DNA of 64,000 nt from Candidatus Undinarchaeota archaeon (GCA_964519305.1 CAZFHY010000002.1:32001-96000); one strand, 5' to 3'. Counted from the stretch's first letter, positions 20,163 through 30,707 are shown. The notes: generated by a model from the sequence alone, not told the origin. Translations and numbers: made by a program.

Positions 20163-20511
20163 AATAGGTCCCACCGAGGATTCCGAGAAGGTCGCCCTTG
20201 CGGTGAGCAGCCTATTCCCCTCTGCCGAGATCGATATCGGAAAGGATGAGATTCGTGCTACCGCCTCGGGTCGTGGAGCGCTCATGCGCTTTAGAGAACT
20301 GGTCCTCGTACAGCGCACCGGCTCCGCAGTAGCATCGAAGCTCGAGCGCAGTCTTGAAGGACAGGTCCTGCGGTTCGAGCTCAACAGGCTCGCAGCCTTC
20401 GCCTCACATGTGAACCTGGGTACCAGCGTCATGGGCCCCTTGGAGGTCGAGATGGAGGGTGATGATATGGAGGAGGTGATATCTTGGATCTGTGGGTCGA
20501 CCCCGTCCTGA
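20125..20511 (+). CDS. UPF0201/DUF54 RNA-binding domain protein
   Basis: PTED.EKV..AV..LFP, LNRLAAF; usual neighbour of the UPF0200 kinase. Confidence 0.8.
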   Translation: MHSACLSIRIRAEIGPTEDSEKVALAVSSLFPSAEIDIGKDEIRATASGRGALMRFRELVLVQRTGSAVASKLERSLEGQVLRFELNRLAAFASHVNLGTSVMGPLEVEMEGDDMEEVISWICGSTPS

Positions 20512-21197
20512 GGCTCGTCGCTTGTGGCCTCCTCTCCCTGGTCGTGCGTTCCGGTGGTGTGCTGGATACCAACGGCGCGTTCTTCGCCGGAGTGATGGGT
20601 TTCCTTGTATGGAGCACGCAGGGATTCCAGTGGGTAGTGGTAATGATCACATTCGTTCTCACCTCGACGCTCGCAACCAAGTACCGCTACGCGCGCAAGC
20701 GAAAGCTGTGGGTTGCCGAGGAGAAGGGTGGTACACGTCAGAGCCGCAACGTCATGGCCAATGGTTTGGCCCCCGTCCTAATCGCCGTGATGGGGCATGT
20801 GTACCAGGTACCTGACCTCCACCTGATATTCCTGGGCTCGGTAGCGGCGGCCATGGGCGACACGCTCGCCTCGGAGCTGGGGGTGCTGAGCACGAGCGAA
20901 CCCTACCTTGTCACCACGCTCCAAAGGGTCGAGCGTGGGACGGATGGCGGAGTATCCCTCTTGGGCGAGGCGGCGTGCCTTTTGGGCGGATTCATCATAG
21001 GCGCCGTGGGCGTGCTCATGGGCTTTCCCGAGCCTGGCAAGGTCATGGGCGTGGCCCTTCTCGGTGCCTTCGCCGGGTGCAATCTTGACAGCCTCCTTGG
21101 TGCCACTCTGGAACAGCGCGGTCTGGTCACCAATGAGATAGTGAACTTCCTTGCGACCCTTACCGGTGCATACACCGCCACGTTCTTCATGGTGTGA
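20484..21197 (+). CDS. DUF92 (TIGR00297) membrane protein
   Basis: R...NV.ANG, DT.ASE.G, GT.GGVS..G, DS.LGATLE, VNF.AT. Confidence 0.92.
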   Translation: MDLWVDPVLRLVACGLLSLVVRSGGVLDTNGAFFAGVMGFLVWSTQGFQWVVVMITFVLTSTLATKYRYARKRKLWVAEEKGGTRQSRNVMANGLAPVLIAVMGHVYQVPDLHLIFLGSVAAAMGDTLASELGVLSTSEPYLVTTLQRVERGTDGGVSLLGEAACLLGGFIIGAVGVLMGFPEPGKVMGVALLGAFAGCNLDSLLGATLEQRGLVTNEIVNFLATLTGAYTATFFMV

Positions 21198-21264
21198 TGG
21201 CTGGCCGCTGCGGGGAATACCTTTTTAAAACATGCCTCCCTTCCCGCTCCCGAGGATAGTCACA

Positions 21265-21531
21265 ATGGCGGACGAACTGGGCGACAGGAAGAGGTCCCGC
21301 GACCTGATAGGGAAAACAATTGTCAGCAAGACGGGGCGTAAGTTCGGGCGCGTGGGCGATATCCGGTTCGAGCCCCGGACAGGGGAGCTTATCGATATCA
21401 TCGTGGCCAATCCCAGCGATTACTCAAAATCAGTAATCGTCAGCGGCAAGGAGGGCATCATCAAGATACCCTTCTCGGCTGTAATCTCCATCGGCGACTT
21501 CGTCATCGTCTCCGAGGAAGATATCGTCTAG
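21265..21531 (+). CDS. PRC-barrel domain protein (CdpB-like cell-division candidate)
   Basis: LIGK.IV...G...G.V.DI.F...TG.L, IPF.AV..IGD.VIV. Confidence 0.88.
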   Translation: MADELGDRKRSRDLIGKTIVSKTGRKFGRVGDIRFEPRTGELIDIIVANPSDYSKSVIVSGKEGIIKIPFSAVISIGDFVIVSEEDIV

Positions 21532-21593
21532 AGACGCTGCAGGTTCTGGCGAGGACACCCAATCCTATCAGTGAGCGTGAGCTCTGAAGATCG

Positions 21594-21941
21594 CTATCCG
21601 GTGATGGTCTTTTCCACTTGCTCGAAGTGCTTACCGATGGATTCTAGTTCGTGCTTGAGCTCATGACGGTAGTTCTTGATGTCCTTATACCGTTCACGCT
21701 CCACTTTCTCGTAGATCTTGCTGAGAAGGGTTACCATGCGGAGGACGTCCTTGTGAACGTCGTCCATGTAGTATAGGAGGTCAAGGAGCTCCTTCTCGAG
21801 CTCATTGACGAGGACGGTGGATTTGATGATACGTTGCTTTCCCTGACCTATGTTTAGGCTCTCCAGCTCATCCTTAGCTTTAAGGAGCTCCATGCCTAGG
21901 TTCTTGGCCAGATCGACAACTGGCGCGGCCTTCTTCGCCAT
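21594..21941 (-). CDS. Hypothetical coiled-coil protein
   Basis: Helical K/E/L heptad-rich ORF. Confidence 0.6.
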   Translation of the reverse strand: MAKKAAPVVDLAKNLGMELLKAKDELESLNIGQGKQRIIKSTVLVNELEKELLDLLYYMDDVHKDVLRMVTLLSKIYEKVERERYKDIKNYRHELKHELESIGKHFEQVEKTITG

Positions 21942-22042
21942 GGTTGTGTATCGGTCGTTCATCCAATTTAAAGGCATGGAGTGGTGTGGTGTGGCCCCGG
22001 CCATCGCCGTTTTCTTAAGGTTTGCGCCCCTCTTGCCCTTCC

Positions 22043-22660
22043 ATGGAGGTCCCCGATGTTGCCGTTGAGGAGTACCGTTACATGCTCGACCGGGGCTACA
22101 ATCCCGTTTCAGCCTTACGGCTCGTCGGTGAGCGGCACCTGCTCCCGGCAGAGGCCTGCAACGTTCTCCGCCGCCGTGTGTTCCCTCAAGGATGGGTGGC
22201 GTCGGTCAAGGACAAGCTGCTCCTTCCGAACGACATCGAGGGTAAACAGGTCGCTGTGGACCTCTACAACGTGCTCATTACATGCGAGGCCCGGTCCGCT
22301 GGTGATGCGTTCCTGAGCGATGACGGATTGTGGCGGGACGCTCGTGGCGTGTACGGCAAGTACCGCATAAGCGACGACACGCTATCCGCCCTCACAAGCA
22401 TCGTGCGGTTCATGGTCGAGAACCGCGTGGCTCAGGTGCGGTTCCTACTGGACGCTCAAGTGAGCAAGAGCGGCGACCTTGCTTCCCGGATAAGGCAAGT
22501 ACTGGCCGGTGAAAGGCTCGCGGGCGAGGTCAAGGTATTAAAAGATGTGGATGCGAGCATGCGCCGCCTGGGACGCACTGATTGGGTGGTCGCTACCTCG
22601 GACACTGGTATTATCCAGTACGTGACCGCCGTTGTCGATGTCCCCGGAGGGATTCAGTAG
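22043..22660 (+). CDS. DUF434 domain protein (PIN-like)
   Basis: Y.L.RGY, D.YNVLIT.E, DG..RD, SKSG.LA, ATSD. Confidence 0.85.
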   Translation: MEVPDVAVEEYRYMLDRGYNPVSALRLVGERHLLPAEACNVLRRRVFPQGWVASVKDKLLLPNDIEGKQVAVDLYNVLITCEARSAGDAFLSDDGLWRDARGVYGKYRISDDTLSALTSIVRFMVENRVAQVRFLLDAQVSKSGDLASRIRQVLAGERLAGEVKVLKDVDASMRRLGRTDWVVATSDTGIIQYVTAVVDVPGGIQ

Positions 22661-23787
22661 TGAGGAACCTGTTCGACGGACCTGAGCGTGGTGTGTTCCG
22701 CGGAGACGACGGAGACCTTGTGCTCCTCCACGACTACTTGCCGGACGAGCTCCCACATAGGGAGAACGAGATGCACGTCGTGGCGGACTGTGTCAGCCCG
22801 CTCATCAGCGGAGGGCGTCCAGTCCATGTATTCCTTCATGGTGCCCCGGGGATCGGTAAGACAGCAGTGACAAAGACAGTGCTCACCCATATGGGCGACC
22901 AGACCACTTGTGTCAAAGCGCTCTATCTCAACTGCTGGAGCAAGAACACCAGGCATGGAGTGCTCGTTGAACTCCTCACAGCTCTAGGGGAGATAGTCCC
23001 CCGTCAGGGTCTTTCAACGGATGAGGTGTACGACCGGCTCCTTTACCGCCTGGACCGGAAGGCCGATGGTTACGTCATTGCTCTCGACGAGGTGGACCGG
23101 TTGGCAGGCAAGGAGGGTGACGTGCTCTACGATCTCCTCCGCTCCGAGGTGAACCTCGGTCTCATCCTCATCTCGAACGATCCCTACGCCTTCCGCAACT
23201 TCGATGCCCGGGTCCGGTCATCGCTCAGTTATGAAGAGGTGTCTTTCGCTGCCTACGGGTACGATGAACTGAAGGACATCCTGGGCGAACGCGCGCGCAT
23301 GGCCTTCCTCCCGGGTGCCTGCGATCCTGCTATCGTGGGCGTGGTCGCCCGGTTCACCGCTGATAGCGGGGGCGATGTTCGGCTTGGGTTGGACTGTCTG
23401 CTGAAGGCCGGGCGCGAGGCAGAGCGTGCGGGCTCCGCCCGTGTCGGCGCAGATCACGTGAAAGCCGTTCTGGGCAGAGTGCGGAGTGCTCGTCTCAAGC
23501 TGGACCTACAAGGGATCACTGACGAGGAACGTGCCATCCTGCGAACAGTGCTCACCCTCACCGAGCATGACACGTCACCCGTCACCACGGGAGCTGTGTT
23601 CGACGCCTATAAGGAGAACGGAGGTGTCGTCGCCGAGCGCACGTTCCGCAAGTACCTGGGGAACCTGGAGTCGCTGCGCATCCTATCCTCGCGTCTGAGC
23701 GGCAAAGGCCAGCGGGGCAACACCCGGCTCATCACCGTGCGCGCACCCAGTACCGAGCTCACAGCGCTCCTAGGCGAGATGTTCTGA
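22660..23787 (+). CDS. cdc6: Orc1/Cdc6 family replication initiation protein
   Basis: Y.P..LPHRE, GAPGIGKT, YLNC, LDEVD, GDVR, C-terminal wHTH with G.RG.TR. Confidence 0.93.
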   Translation: MRNLFDGPERGVFRGDDGDLVLLHDYLPDELPHRENEMHVVADCVSPLISGGRPVHVFLHGAPGIGKTAVTKTVLTHMGDQTTCVKALYLNCWSKNTRHGVLVELLTALGEIVPRQGLSTDEVYDRLLYRLDRKADGYVIALDEVDRLAGKEGDVLYDLLRSEVNLGLILISNDPYAFRNFDARVRSSLSYEEVSFAAYGYDELKDILGERARMAFLPGACDPAIVGVVARFTADSGGDVRLGLDCLLKAGREAERAGSARVGADHVKAVLGRVRSARLKLDLQGITDEERAILRTVLTLTEHDTSPVTTGAVFDAYKENGGVVAERTFRKYLGNLESLRILSSRLSGKGQRGNTRLITVRAPSTELTALLGEMF

Positions 23788-23820
23788 TCTCGTTGTCGGA
23801 AAGATGTCATACCGGGAACT

Positions 23821-24651
23821 CTACTCGTCCTGCTCCAGATATCGTGCGGCCTTCTCATAGGAGTCGAGCCGTTCTTCCATGTTACCGGCGATCTCAAGCA
23901 CGACACGGCCCTCGTACCCTGAGTCCCTAATCGTGCGAACCACGCTCTCTACATCCATATCGGCGTTCCCGATCGGCTGGTGCTTGTCATGGTCTTCGAG
24001 CCAGGTGTCATAGAGATGGACGTGCTTCACGACATCGCCCAGCTCCTCCCACACGCGTGCATCCTCCTCGTAGTAGTCCGTACCGCGTGAGAAGCAGCTG
24101 ACGAAAAGATGGCCCACGTCGTAGGTGAGCCCTAGGCCGGTACGGTCCGCGATCTCGCGGAGCTCCTCGATGGTGGCGCCCACGTAGATGCGTCCTGTAT
24201 CCTGCTCGTTGTTGTCGATCATCTTGTACGGGAGGTTCTCGATGAGCACATCAACGTTGTGCTCGCTGGCGAACGCAGCGATCTGGTTGTAGGAGTCGAT
24301 TGTCCGCTCAAGGCCGTCCGCCCGGTCGTCCTCGTACACACCTATATGGGTAACTAGGGTCTCGGAGCCTATCTGCTCAGCGATGAGCACGGCCTTCTTA
24401 ATCTCGTCGATGCTGTACTGGCGAAGTGACTCATCGCTCGTGGCGAGGTCGACACCGTTCGAGTAGAGATGAGGTGCGTGAGCAGAGATATAGATGCCGT
24501 ACTGCTCCTTGAGCGCTATGAGCTCGTCGATCTTGTCCTCATAGTCGAAGGTCGCGATCTCGAAAGCGTGGACATCGTGGTCAACGATGTACCGTTCGAT
24601 AACCTCGGGGCCGTCCTCGACGTGGATTTCGAGCTCAGGTCCCCCGTACAT
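23821..24651 (-). CDS. Sugar phosphate isomerase/epimerase (AP-endonuclease-2 TIM barrel) family protein
   Basis: HAP, IENL, D.GH, H.H..D, D.H.P.G, LE metal-ligand pattern. Confidence 0.85.
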   Translation of the reverse strand: MYGGPELEIHVEDGPEVIERYIVDHDVHAFEIATFDYEDKIDELIALKEQYGIYISAHAPHLYSNGVDLATSDESLRQYSIDEIKKAVLIAEQIGSETLVTHIGVYEDDRADGLERTIDSYNQIAAFASEHNVDVLIENLPYKMIDNNEQDTGRIYVGATIEELREIADRTGLGLTYDVGHLFVSCFSRGTDYYEEDARVWEELGDVVKHVHLYDTWLEDHDKHQPIGNADMDVESVVRTIRDSGYEGRVVLEIAGNMEERLDSYEKAARYLEQDE

Positions 24652-24717
24652 GTTGAAGATTGCAGCTGGACCTGAATATAAAACTTGTTTCTCTCCGGAC
24701 CGGAACGGCGATAATCT

Positions 24718-26097
24718 CTAGAGGTCGACCTTGTCGCCCATCGAGGGGATGGCACAAGTAAGGTCACACCCCTCGAGCCGCTCCTTGAACGCTACTGCCG
24801 ACCGCTCCTCGCCGTGGACGATGAACACTTTCCGTGGGGGTTTTGAGAAGCTGGACACCCAGTGTTCCAGATCCTCGTAGTCGGCGTGGGCGGAAAAACC
24901 CGCGATCTGCTCGATCTTGGCGTTGACGTCGAACTCGTACCCCATCATACGGATCGTCTCGGCACCGTTCAGGAGGTGATGGCCCAGAGTACCTTCGGCC
25001 TGGAACCCAACGAAGATCACAGCGTTGCGGGGATTTCCGATGCCGTGGCGGATGTGGTGACGGATCCGGCCGGCGGTGCACATCCCGCTCCCGGCGATGA
25101 TCACGCACGGTTCGTCGTACTCGTTCAGGCTCACAGAGTCGGCGGTGGCTTGGGTGAAAACGAGCCCCTTGAACTTGAAGGGCGTTTCGAACGCGTCCAT
25201 GTTCTTCGGGTCGAACCAGTCCGTGTGCTTCGAGAAGATCTTAGTGGCCTTGATCGCTAGAGGGCTGTCCAGGAATACGAGCATTTCGGGCATCTTAGCA
25301 TCGCGCAAGAGCTCGTTCATCCCGTACAGGATCTCCTGGGTGCGTTCCACTGCGAACGATGGGATCATCACCCGCCCTCCCCTATCGTATGTCTCACGGA
25401 ATATGCGGGCCATCGTACGGCGCCGGTCTTCGACGCCCTCGTGTAGCCGGTCGCCGTACGTCGACTCGATGATGAGGTAGTCGGTATCCTTGATGATGGT
25501 CGGATCGTTCACAAGCGGTGCGTTCCGCTGACCTAGGTCGCCTGAGAACACGAGCTTGACCACGCGTTCCCCCTCGGTAGCCCACAGCTCGATGATGGCC
25601 GAGCCGAGTATATGGCCGGCGTTCCTGAAGCGGGCCCGGACGTTCCGGGTCACTTGGATATCCTCATCGTACTCCACGGGCTTGAAGTGCTTCACTGCTG
25701 CAGTCGCGTCTTCCGATGAATAAAGGGGACGGCGGGGGGGCAGCTTCTGGCGCTGGCGGCGCCGGTTCTCGTGCTCGGTGTCCCGAGCGATGACATGGGC
25801 CGAGTCCGCGAACATGATCTGGCACAGGTCATGTGTGGGCTCTGTGCTCCAGATGGTGCCCTTGAAACCCTCCTTCACGAGCTTGGGGATGAGCCCTGAG
25901 TGGTCGATGTGGGCGTGGGTGAGGATGAGGGCGGTGATGCGGGAGGGATCGAAACCGAATCCCTCGTAGTTCTTGCGCGTGACCTCCTTCCGGCCCTGGA
26001 ACATCCCGCAATCGATGAGGATCTTATCCTTGCCGACCTCAAGCAGGTAGCATGAACCAGTGACGATTTTCGCAGCGCCGTGGAAGCTCAGTCGCAT
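24718..26097 (-). CDS. MBL-fold beta-CASP ribonuclease
   Basis: THAHIDHSG, AGHILGS, FSGD, ESTYG, FAVERTQE, FSAHAD, VHGE. Confidence 0.93.
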   Translation of the reverse strand: MRLSFHGAAKIVTGSCYLLEVGKDKILIDCGMFQGRKEVTRKNYEGFGFDPSRITALILTHAHIDHSGLIPKLVKEGFKGTIWSTEPTHDLCQIMFADSAHVIARDTEHENRRRQRQKLPPRRPLYSSEDATAAVKHFKPVEYDEDIQVTRNVRARFRNAGHILGSAIIELWATEGERVVKLVFSGDLGQRNAPLVNDPTIIKDTDYLIIESTYGDRLHEGVEDRRRTMARIFRETYDRGGRVMIPSFAVERTQEILYGMNELLRDAKMPEMLVFLDSPLAIKATKIFSKHTDWFDPKNMDAFETPFKFKGLVFTQATADSVSLNEYDEPCVIIAGSGMCTAGRIRHHIRHGIGNPRNAVIFVGFQAEGTLGHHLLNGAETIRMMGYEFDVNAKIEQIAGFSAHADYEDLEHWVSSFSKPPRKVFIVHGEERSAVAFKERLEGCDLTCAIPSMGDKVDL

Positions 26098-26124
26098 AGC
26101 GTTCCGGGGGAAGTGCATCCTTTA

Positions 26125-27528
26125 TTAAGGCTCTGTCGGCACCTTCTCCTTCTTTTCGCGCTCAGGAGGACATATCTTGTCACGGGGTCCACCGCCAAGC
26201 TCGCACCTGAGGCGGTGTATCGCATACAGCACGATCAGGAACCCCCCTGCATCGGCCAAGGGCATGGCCATCCACACTCCCGTAAGACCGAACCTCCCCG
26301 GTAGTAGAAGCAGAAGAGGAGGAAGAAAGATTACCTGGCGTACCGCTGTGAGTGCTAGTGCTGCGGACCCCTTACCCACCGCTTGGAAGACGATGATCCA
26401 AATGATCTGCACGAAAAGCACGGGAATGGACAACATGAGCACTTTGAATGCGGGAACTGCGATTGCGAGAAGCTCCTCGTCCTGGGATATCAGGGAAAGT
26501 GCCGGGCGCGCGAACACGAGTGTCCCTGTCATGGCCACCAATCCTACGACCAGACCTATGAGGGTGGTGGTCCTCACAGCCTCCCAGAGCCTGTCGTATC
26601 GCTCGGCACCGAAATTGAATCCTACGATGGGCATCAGTCCCTGGGCCAGACCGAACAATGGCATGAAGAACAGGCTCATGATACGAAAGTCCAGGCCGAA
26701 GGCAGCGATCGGGATATCTCCGAACTTCCCCAGGGTATGATTGAACAGAGTGATGACCATGCTCATCATCAACTGCATGATTGCAGCAGGGAAACCGACG
26801 GCGTAGACCTTCATCAGAACTGCAAGGTCGGGGACCGCCGATCCTCGGGTGAACACGTAGCTGGTGCGGGTGAAGAGGAAGAACAGCGACACCATGGCCC
26901 CCAGGGACTGGGAGATGGCAGTGGCGATAGCGGCCCCCTCGACACCTAGTGCGGGGAACGGGCCGATACCGAATATCAGGAGTGGATCCAGGATTATGTT
27001 CGTGATGGCGCCTGTGAGCATGACGAGCATGGGTTTGAGAGCGTCCCCCTGAGCCCGGAAGAGGTTGTTCGCCATCATGTTGAAGAAGAGGAATGGGGCG
27101 CCAAAACACACTAGGCGCAGGTACTTGGAAGCGATGGGCCGGAGGACGTCAGTGGCACCGAAGAGGGAGAGCACAGGTCCGGTAAGACCGCGGGCAACAA
27201 GGATGACAGCACACCCCAGAACGGCCGCCAGGAAGAACACCTGGGATGCTGCGTGGGATGCTGACTCGGGGTCCTTGGCACCGAACCGCCGGGATATGTA
27301 GGAGTTGAGTCCCACACCGGATCCAGCGCCCAGTCCCACGAAGATCATCTGGAGAGGGAACACGATGGTCAAGCCCCCTACAGCGAGAGCGCTCAGGCGA
27401 GCTATCCAGAAGGTGTCGACCACGTTGTAGAGCGACTGGACGAACATGGCCACGATGCTCGGCAAGCTCAATCGTAACAGAAGTGGTGTGATGGGCGCCG
27501 TCCCCAGCTCCTCGGTCGCCTCCCTCAC
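26125..27528 (-). CDS. MATE family efflux transporter
   Basis: YNVVDT, NIILDP.LIFG, G..GAA.AT, GFN.GA. Confidence 0.93.
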   Translation of the reverse strand: MREATEELGTAPITPLLLRLSLPSIVAMFVQSLYNVVDTFWIARLSALAVGGLTIVFPLQMIFVGLGAGSGVGLNSYISRRFGAKDPESASHAASQVFFLAAVLGCAVILVARGLTGPVLSLFGATDVLRPIASKYLRLVCFGAPFLFFNMMANNLFRAQGDALKPMLVMLTGAITNIILDPLLIFGIGPFPALGVEGAAIATAISQSLGAMVSLFFLFTRTSYVFTRGSAVPDLAVLMKVYAVGFPAAIMQLMMSMVITLFNHTLGKFGDIPIAAFGLDFRIMSLFFMPLFGLAQGLMPIVGFNFGAERYDRLWEAVRTTTLIGLVVGLVAMTGTLVFARPALSLISQDEELLAIAVPAFKVLMLSIPVLFVQIIWIIVFQAVGKGSAALALTAVRQVIFLPPLLLLLPGRFGLTGVWMAMPLADAGGFLIVLYAIHRLRCELGGGPRDKICPPEREKKEKVPTEP

Positions 27529-27620
27529 TCAAAGGGCAGGTAAAGGGGCCTTGATAAACCTTTCCTAGCGATTACGGCCCGGCCGCACATTTTTTATTTG
27601 GATGGTGCCTATAGGACCTC

Positions 27621-28124
27621 ATGGTCGACGACCCTCTTGCCCGGGTAAAGGACATCTCTCATGTGGGTGATGCTGTAGCCATCGCCATCGACTTTGAGAA
27701 CATGACCCGTGCGTTCTACCAGGGATTGCAGGAGAGGGTTACGAACAAGCATCTGGTGGACCTTCTTGAGTTCCTCGCGTCAGAGGAGGTGGCCCATGCC
27801 GAGTACCTCAGGTCGTTCGGAAAGGCACCGGATTCGTCCGCAGTGCTCGATAATGCTCTGGTCGACTTCAAGCGTAAGGTAGAGGACGTGATGGTGAAGG
27901 TCAGCGGGGAGGTCGATCCAACGGCTGAGCAGATACAGCTGCTCCTCGGCGCCATGCGTGTTGAACGTCAGGCAGAGGATCTGTACAGAGGGCTGTCGCG
28001 TCGGTTCACCAGTGACACAGAGATAGCTGCGTTCTTCGATCTGCTGGCGGCATTCGAGCGCACTCATTATGATCTGCTCGACGGCATCATCGTCCAAGTG
28101 GACGACTTCCGGATGCAGAGCTGA
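27621..28124 (+). CDS. Ferritin-like/rubrerythrin diiron protein
   Basis: E...FY, EE..H and E...Y, E..H repeats. Confidence 0.85.
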   Translation: MVDDPLARVKDISHVGDAVAIAIDFENMTRAFYQGLQERVTNKHLVDLLEFLASEEVAHAEYLRSFGKAPDSSAVLDNALVDFKRKVEDVMVKVSGEVDPTAEQIQLLLGAMRVERQAEDLYRGLSRRFTSDTEIAAFFDLLAAFERTHYDLLDGIIVQVDDFRMQS

Positions 28125-28139
28125 ACGGTGGGGATTCAC

Positions 28140-28682
28140 ATGGTCAAGAAGAAGTCATCGAAGAAGGAAGATAACACGTTCTGCGACACTCACGCCTGCC
28201 GACCGTTGCAGCCGTTGGTCGTGAGCGAGAAGCTCGTCAGCGACCTCGTAGCGATCACTCAGATGGCCCCCTCCTGCTTTAGCAGGGAGGGTTGGCGGTT
28301 CGAGTTCGTGTACGGGGATAAGTCACTAGAGCTGTTGCGGGACGCGTTGGGTGAGGACCTCGTCTGGGCCCGTACCGCGTCCATGTTCGTGGCCGTGCTC
28401 GCATCCAAGCGGAAGGGGTGTGTCCCCGAGGAAGTATCGTGGCACTTCTTTGATGTCGGTATTGCTACCGGTTTCATGATCATGAGGGGGACGGACCTCG
28501 GAATCGTGCTCGAGCCGCTGACGGTTTTCGACCGGAAGAAGGTCCATGCTGCATTGAAGCTGGACAAGGATACAGAGGTAGTCACGTTGCTCGCCGCCGG
28601 ACGCTATCTGGCGGATCATGTGGACGAGCTCAAGCATCGTCTCAAGGAGCTCCGCGATGAGCGTGGCGACCTCCTGATGTGA
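28140..28682 (+). CDS. Nitroreductase family protein (divergent)
   Basis: APSC..R..WRF, FD.G.A...M...T.LG. Confidence 0.75.
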   Translation: MVKKKSSKKEDNTFCDTHACRPLQPLVVSEKLVSDLVAITQMAPSCFSREGWRFEFVYGDKSLELLRDALGEDLVWARTASMFVAVLASKRKGCVPEEVSWHFFDVGIATGFMIMRGTDLGIVLEPLTVFDRKKVHAALKLDKDTEVVTLLAAGRYLADHVDELKHRLKELRDERGDLLM

Positions 28683-28781
28683 AATCCGCTCTGTGAAAGG
28701 AAACGTATATAACGGGCCCGGGGCGTCATCTCTGACATCCGCCGCGTCAGCGAATGCTGTCGCGGGGGCGGGGTGAACTGA

Positions 28782-29462
28782 CTGAGGAAGGTCGTAATCG
28801 TAGCGGATGTTGACAAGACGCTCACTGTGGAGAGCATGGAAGAGCCAATCCTCAACGACTTCGGCGTTCCCTCCGGCGAGTACTGGTCCAAGGTCAAGGA
28901 GAACGACCGGGAATCGCCCGACACCTTCACACTCAATTACGTCACCCCCCTCATCGAGGATGAGCGCATCGAACTCGATCGTGGGTATCTTCAGGAACTG
29001 GGGGGCCGGATCGAACTCTATGATGGTGTGGATGACTTCTTCTCACACATGCGTGAGTGGGGAGCCGAGCACGACATAGAGTTCTCTTTCTACTTGGTGT
29101 CCACCGGACTACAGGACGTCGCGGACAACCTTCCCTTCTCCGAGGAGATGGATGGTATCTACGGCACCCAATTAAGCTACAGCGCCAAGGACGAGCCTAC
29201 CGGTGTGACCTATGCTCTGGAACCCCGATCCAAACCCGAGTTCCTCGATCGTATCGCTAAGGACGAAGGCGTGGACATGAATGACGTCATCTACCTCGGT
29301 GACGGTGTTACTGACGGGTACGCGTTCGACCGGGTGAGCGATGGTGGAGGCTTGGGTATCTGCGTCATTTCAGACAAGGACCGCGATCTTGGTGATGTCC
29401 AGGTAAAGGCCGATTACGGCACGGACGTACCTGAGTACATCCAAGGCTACCTGCTCGGATGA
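28782..29462 (+). CDS. HAD-superfamily hydrolase
   Basis: Motif I DVDKTLT lies in-frame upstream of the ORF-track start (28827); VSTG, K, YLGDG.TD; start CTG 28782 is inferred. Confidence 0.8.
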   Translation: MRKVVIVADVDKTLTVESMEEPILNDFGVPSGEYWSKVKENDRESPDTFTLNYVTPLIEDERIELDRGYLQELGGRIELYDGVDDFFSHMREWGAEHDIEFSFYLVSTGLQDVADNLPFSEEMDGIYGTQLSYSAKDEPTGVTYALEPRSKPEFLDRIAKDEGVDMNDVIYLGDGVTDGYAFDRVSDGGGLGICVISDKDRDLGDVQVKADYGTDVPEYIQGYLLG

Positions 29463-29501
29463 TGTCACATCCTCAGGAGTGAAACCAGTTTCACAGGGGC
29501 G

Positions 29502-30440
29502 CTACTGCACCATTTCCTTGAACACAGCGTCATCGATGGCCTGCTCAGCAGCGATGAGGTTCATGTTGACGCGGTGCTTGAGAGCGATCTGACTCGGCGT
29601 CTCGAAGGTGAGGTTGTGCTTGGCGTCATGGCGCGCGCAGTATCCCGAGAACACCATGTGATAGGTGTCCGAGTATGGTTCACCCGCTTCCAGGATGCCG
29701 TCGTGGAGCACTCCCTGCTCGGTCTGCTCGTAGGCGCTCAGGAGCGGGTAGCCCTCCTGGTGCATGCGCTGGACGATACGTCCTCCGAGCTTTTCCTTCT
29801 GGTTCTCGCGGATGACCAGGAATCCGTCCATCCCCGGCGTCTCGTGGAGGTCAATGGTGAGAAGGATATCGTTGTCCTTGGCGATACCCTTGACGTAATC
29901 AGCTAAAGCATAGGTCTCCTTGGCCGGATCGTCGTTGACCACGAAGCCGAAGAACGGGTCCCGCATCTGACCCTTGTAATAGTGATTGGTGGCGTCACCC
30001 TCCGCGTTGTCGTACTGTCGATACTCCGGGTACTGCTTTGCGCTCATGGGATCGGTGAGCTTCGGATGGAAAGGCCTAGCGTACATGTCCGCGTTCATCG
30101 CGGGGATGATATCTATCTGGTAATTATCCAGTAGGTACTTCCCCTTCTCGGTACCGGATGTGAGGAGCTTGTCCATGAGCTCCAGGCTCGACTCGGTGCC
30201 TGCGGGCTCTGTTCCATGGTGGCCGCCGGCAATGATGATGTGACCCTTGACCGGCTTGCCCTTGGTATGGAGCTCGATGGCAGGGATCTTGCGTCCCTCC
30301 TCGGTCGTCCCGATAGAACGTACGTTCATCTTGCTACCATAGTGCTCGGTATAATAACCGAGGATATCGGGGAGGTCGCTGTAAGAGTGGTAGTCCACAT
30401 TCTCCGCCTCGGTATCAAAGACGTATCCGTCCGTATCCAT
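29502..30440 (-). CDS. M14 family zinc carboxypeptidase/deacylase
   Basis: IG.T.EGR, HGTE Zn motif, N.D, DLHE, TFETP. Confidence 0.85.
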   Translation of the reverse strand: MDTDGYVFDTEAENVDYHSYSDLPDILGYYTEHYGSKMNVRSIGTTEEGRKIPAIELHTKGKPVKGHIIIAGGHHGTEPAGTESSLELMDKLLTSGTEKGKYLLDNYQIDIIPAMNADMYARPFHPKLTDPMSAKQYPEYRQYDNAEGDATNHYYKGQMRDPFFGFVVNDDPAKETYALADYVKGIAKDNDILLTIDLHETPGMDGFLVIRENQKEKLGGRIVQRMHQEGYPLLSAYEQTEQGVLHDGILEAGEPYSDTYHMVFSGYCARHDAKHNLTFETPSQIALKHRVNMNLIAAEQAIDDAVFKEMVQ

Positions 30441-30707
30441 CGTCCATACCCTCCGTTTCCCATTCTTCCAGATTTATTGGGGCGCCCGAAGTGGGTTCGA
30501 CCGTTCTTATACCTGACCATGGTTGCCACTGGTTGGTTATACCTCACGACCGGTCGCCCCACTGACGTGAAAAAAGGTGAAAATGGGAACAGTGGTTGGG
30601 AACAAGAGTTACGTCAACGATGGTCCGTATCTAGACGTCCCTTTGAGCCCGGCCCTGACCAATGTGCTTTAAATGATTACGTCCCCCGCAATACGCGGGT
30701 AAGGACC

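Noticed and set aside
22660-23787. Replication origin next to cdc6
   Set aside because: The gene overlaps its upstream neighbour and has only ~30 bp downstream; no ORB repeats or AT-rich element
28773-28781. Selenocysteine read-through of GTG AAC TGA before the HAD gene
   Set aside because: The position is not catalytic and no SECIS is evident; a CTG start or 4-bp duplication is simpler
30583-30672. 29-aa ORF after AGGTGA
   Set aside because: SD spacing is only 2 nt and the peptide has no recognisable features
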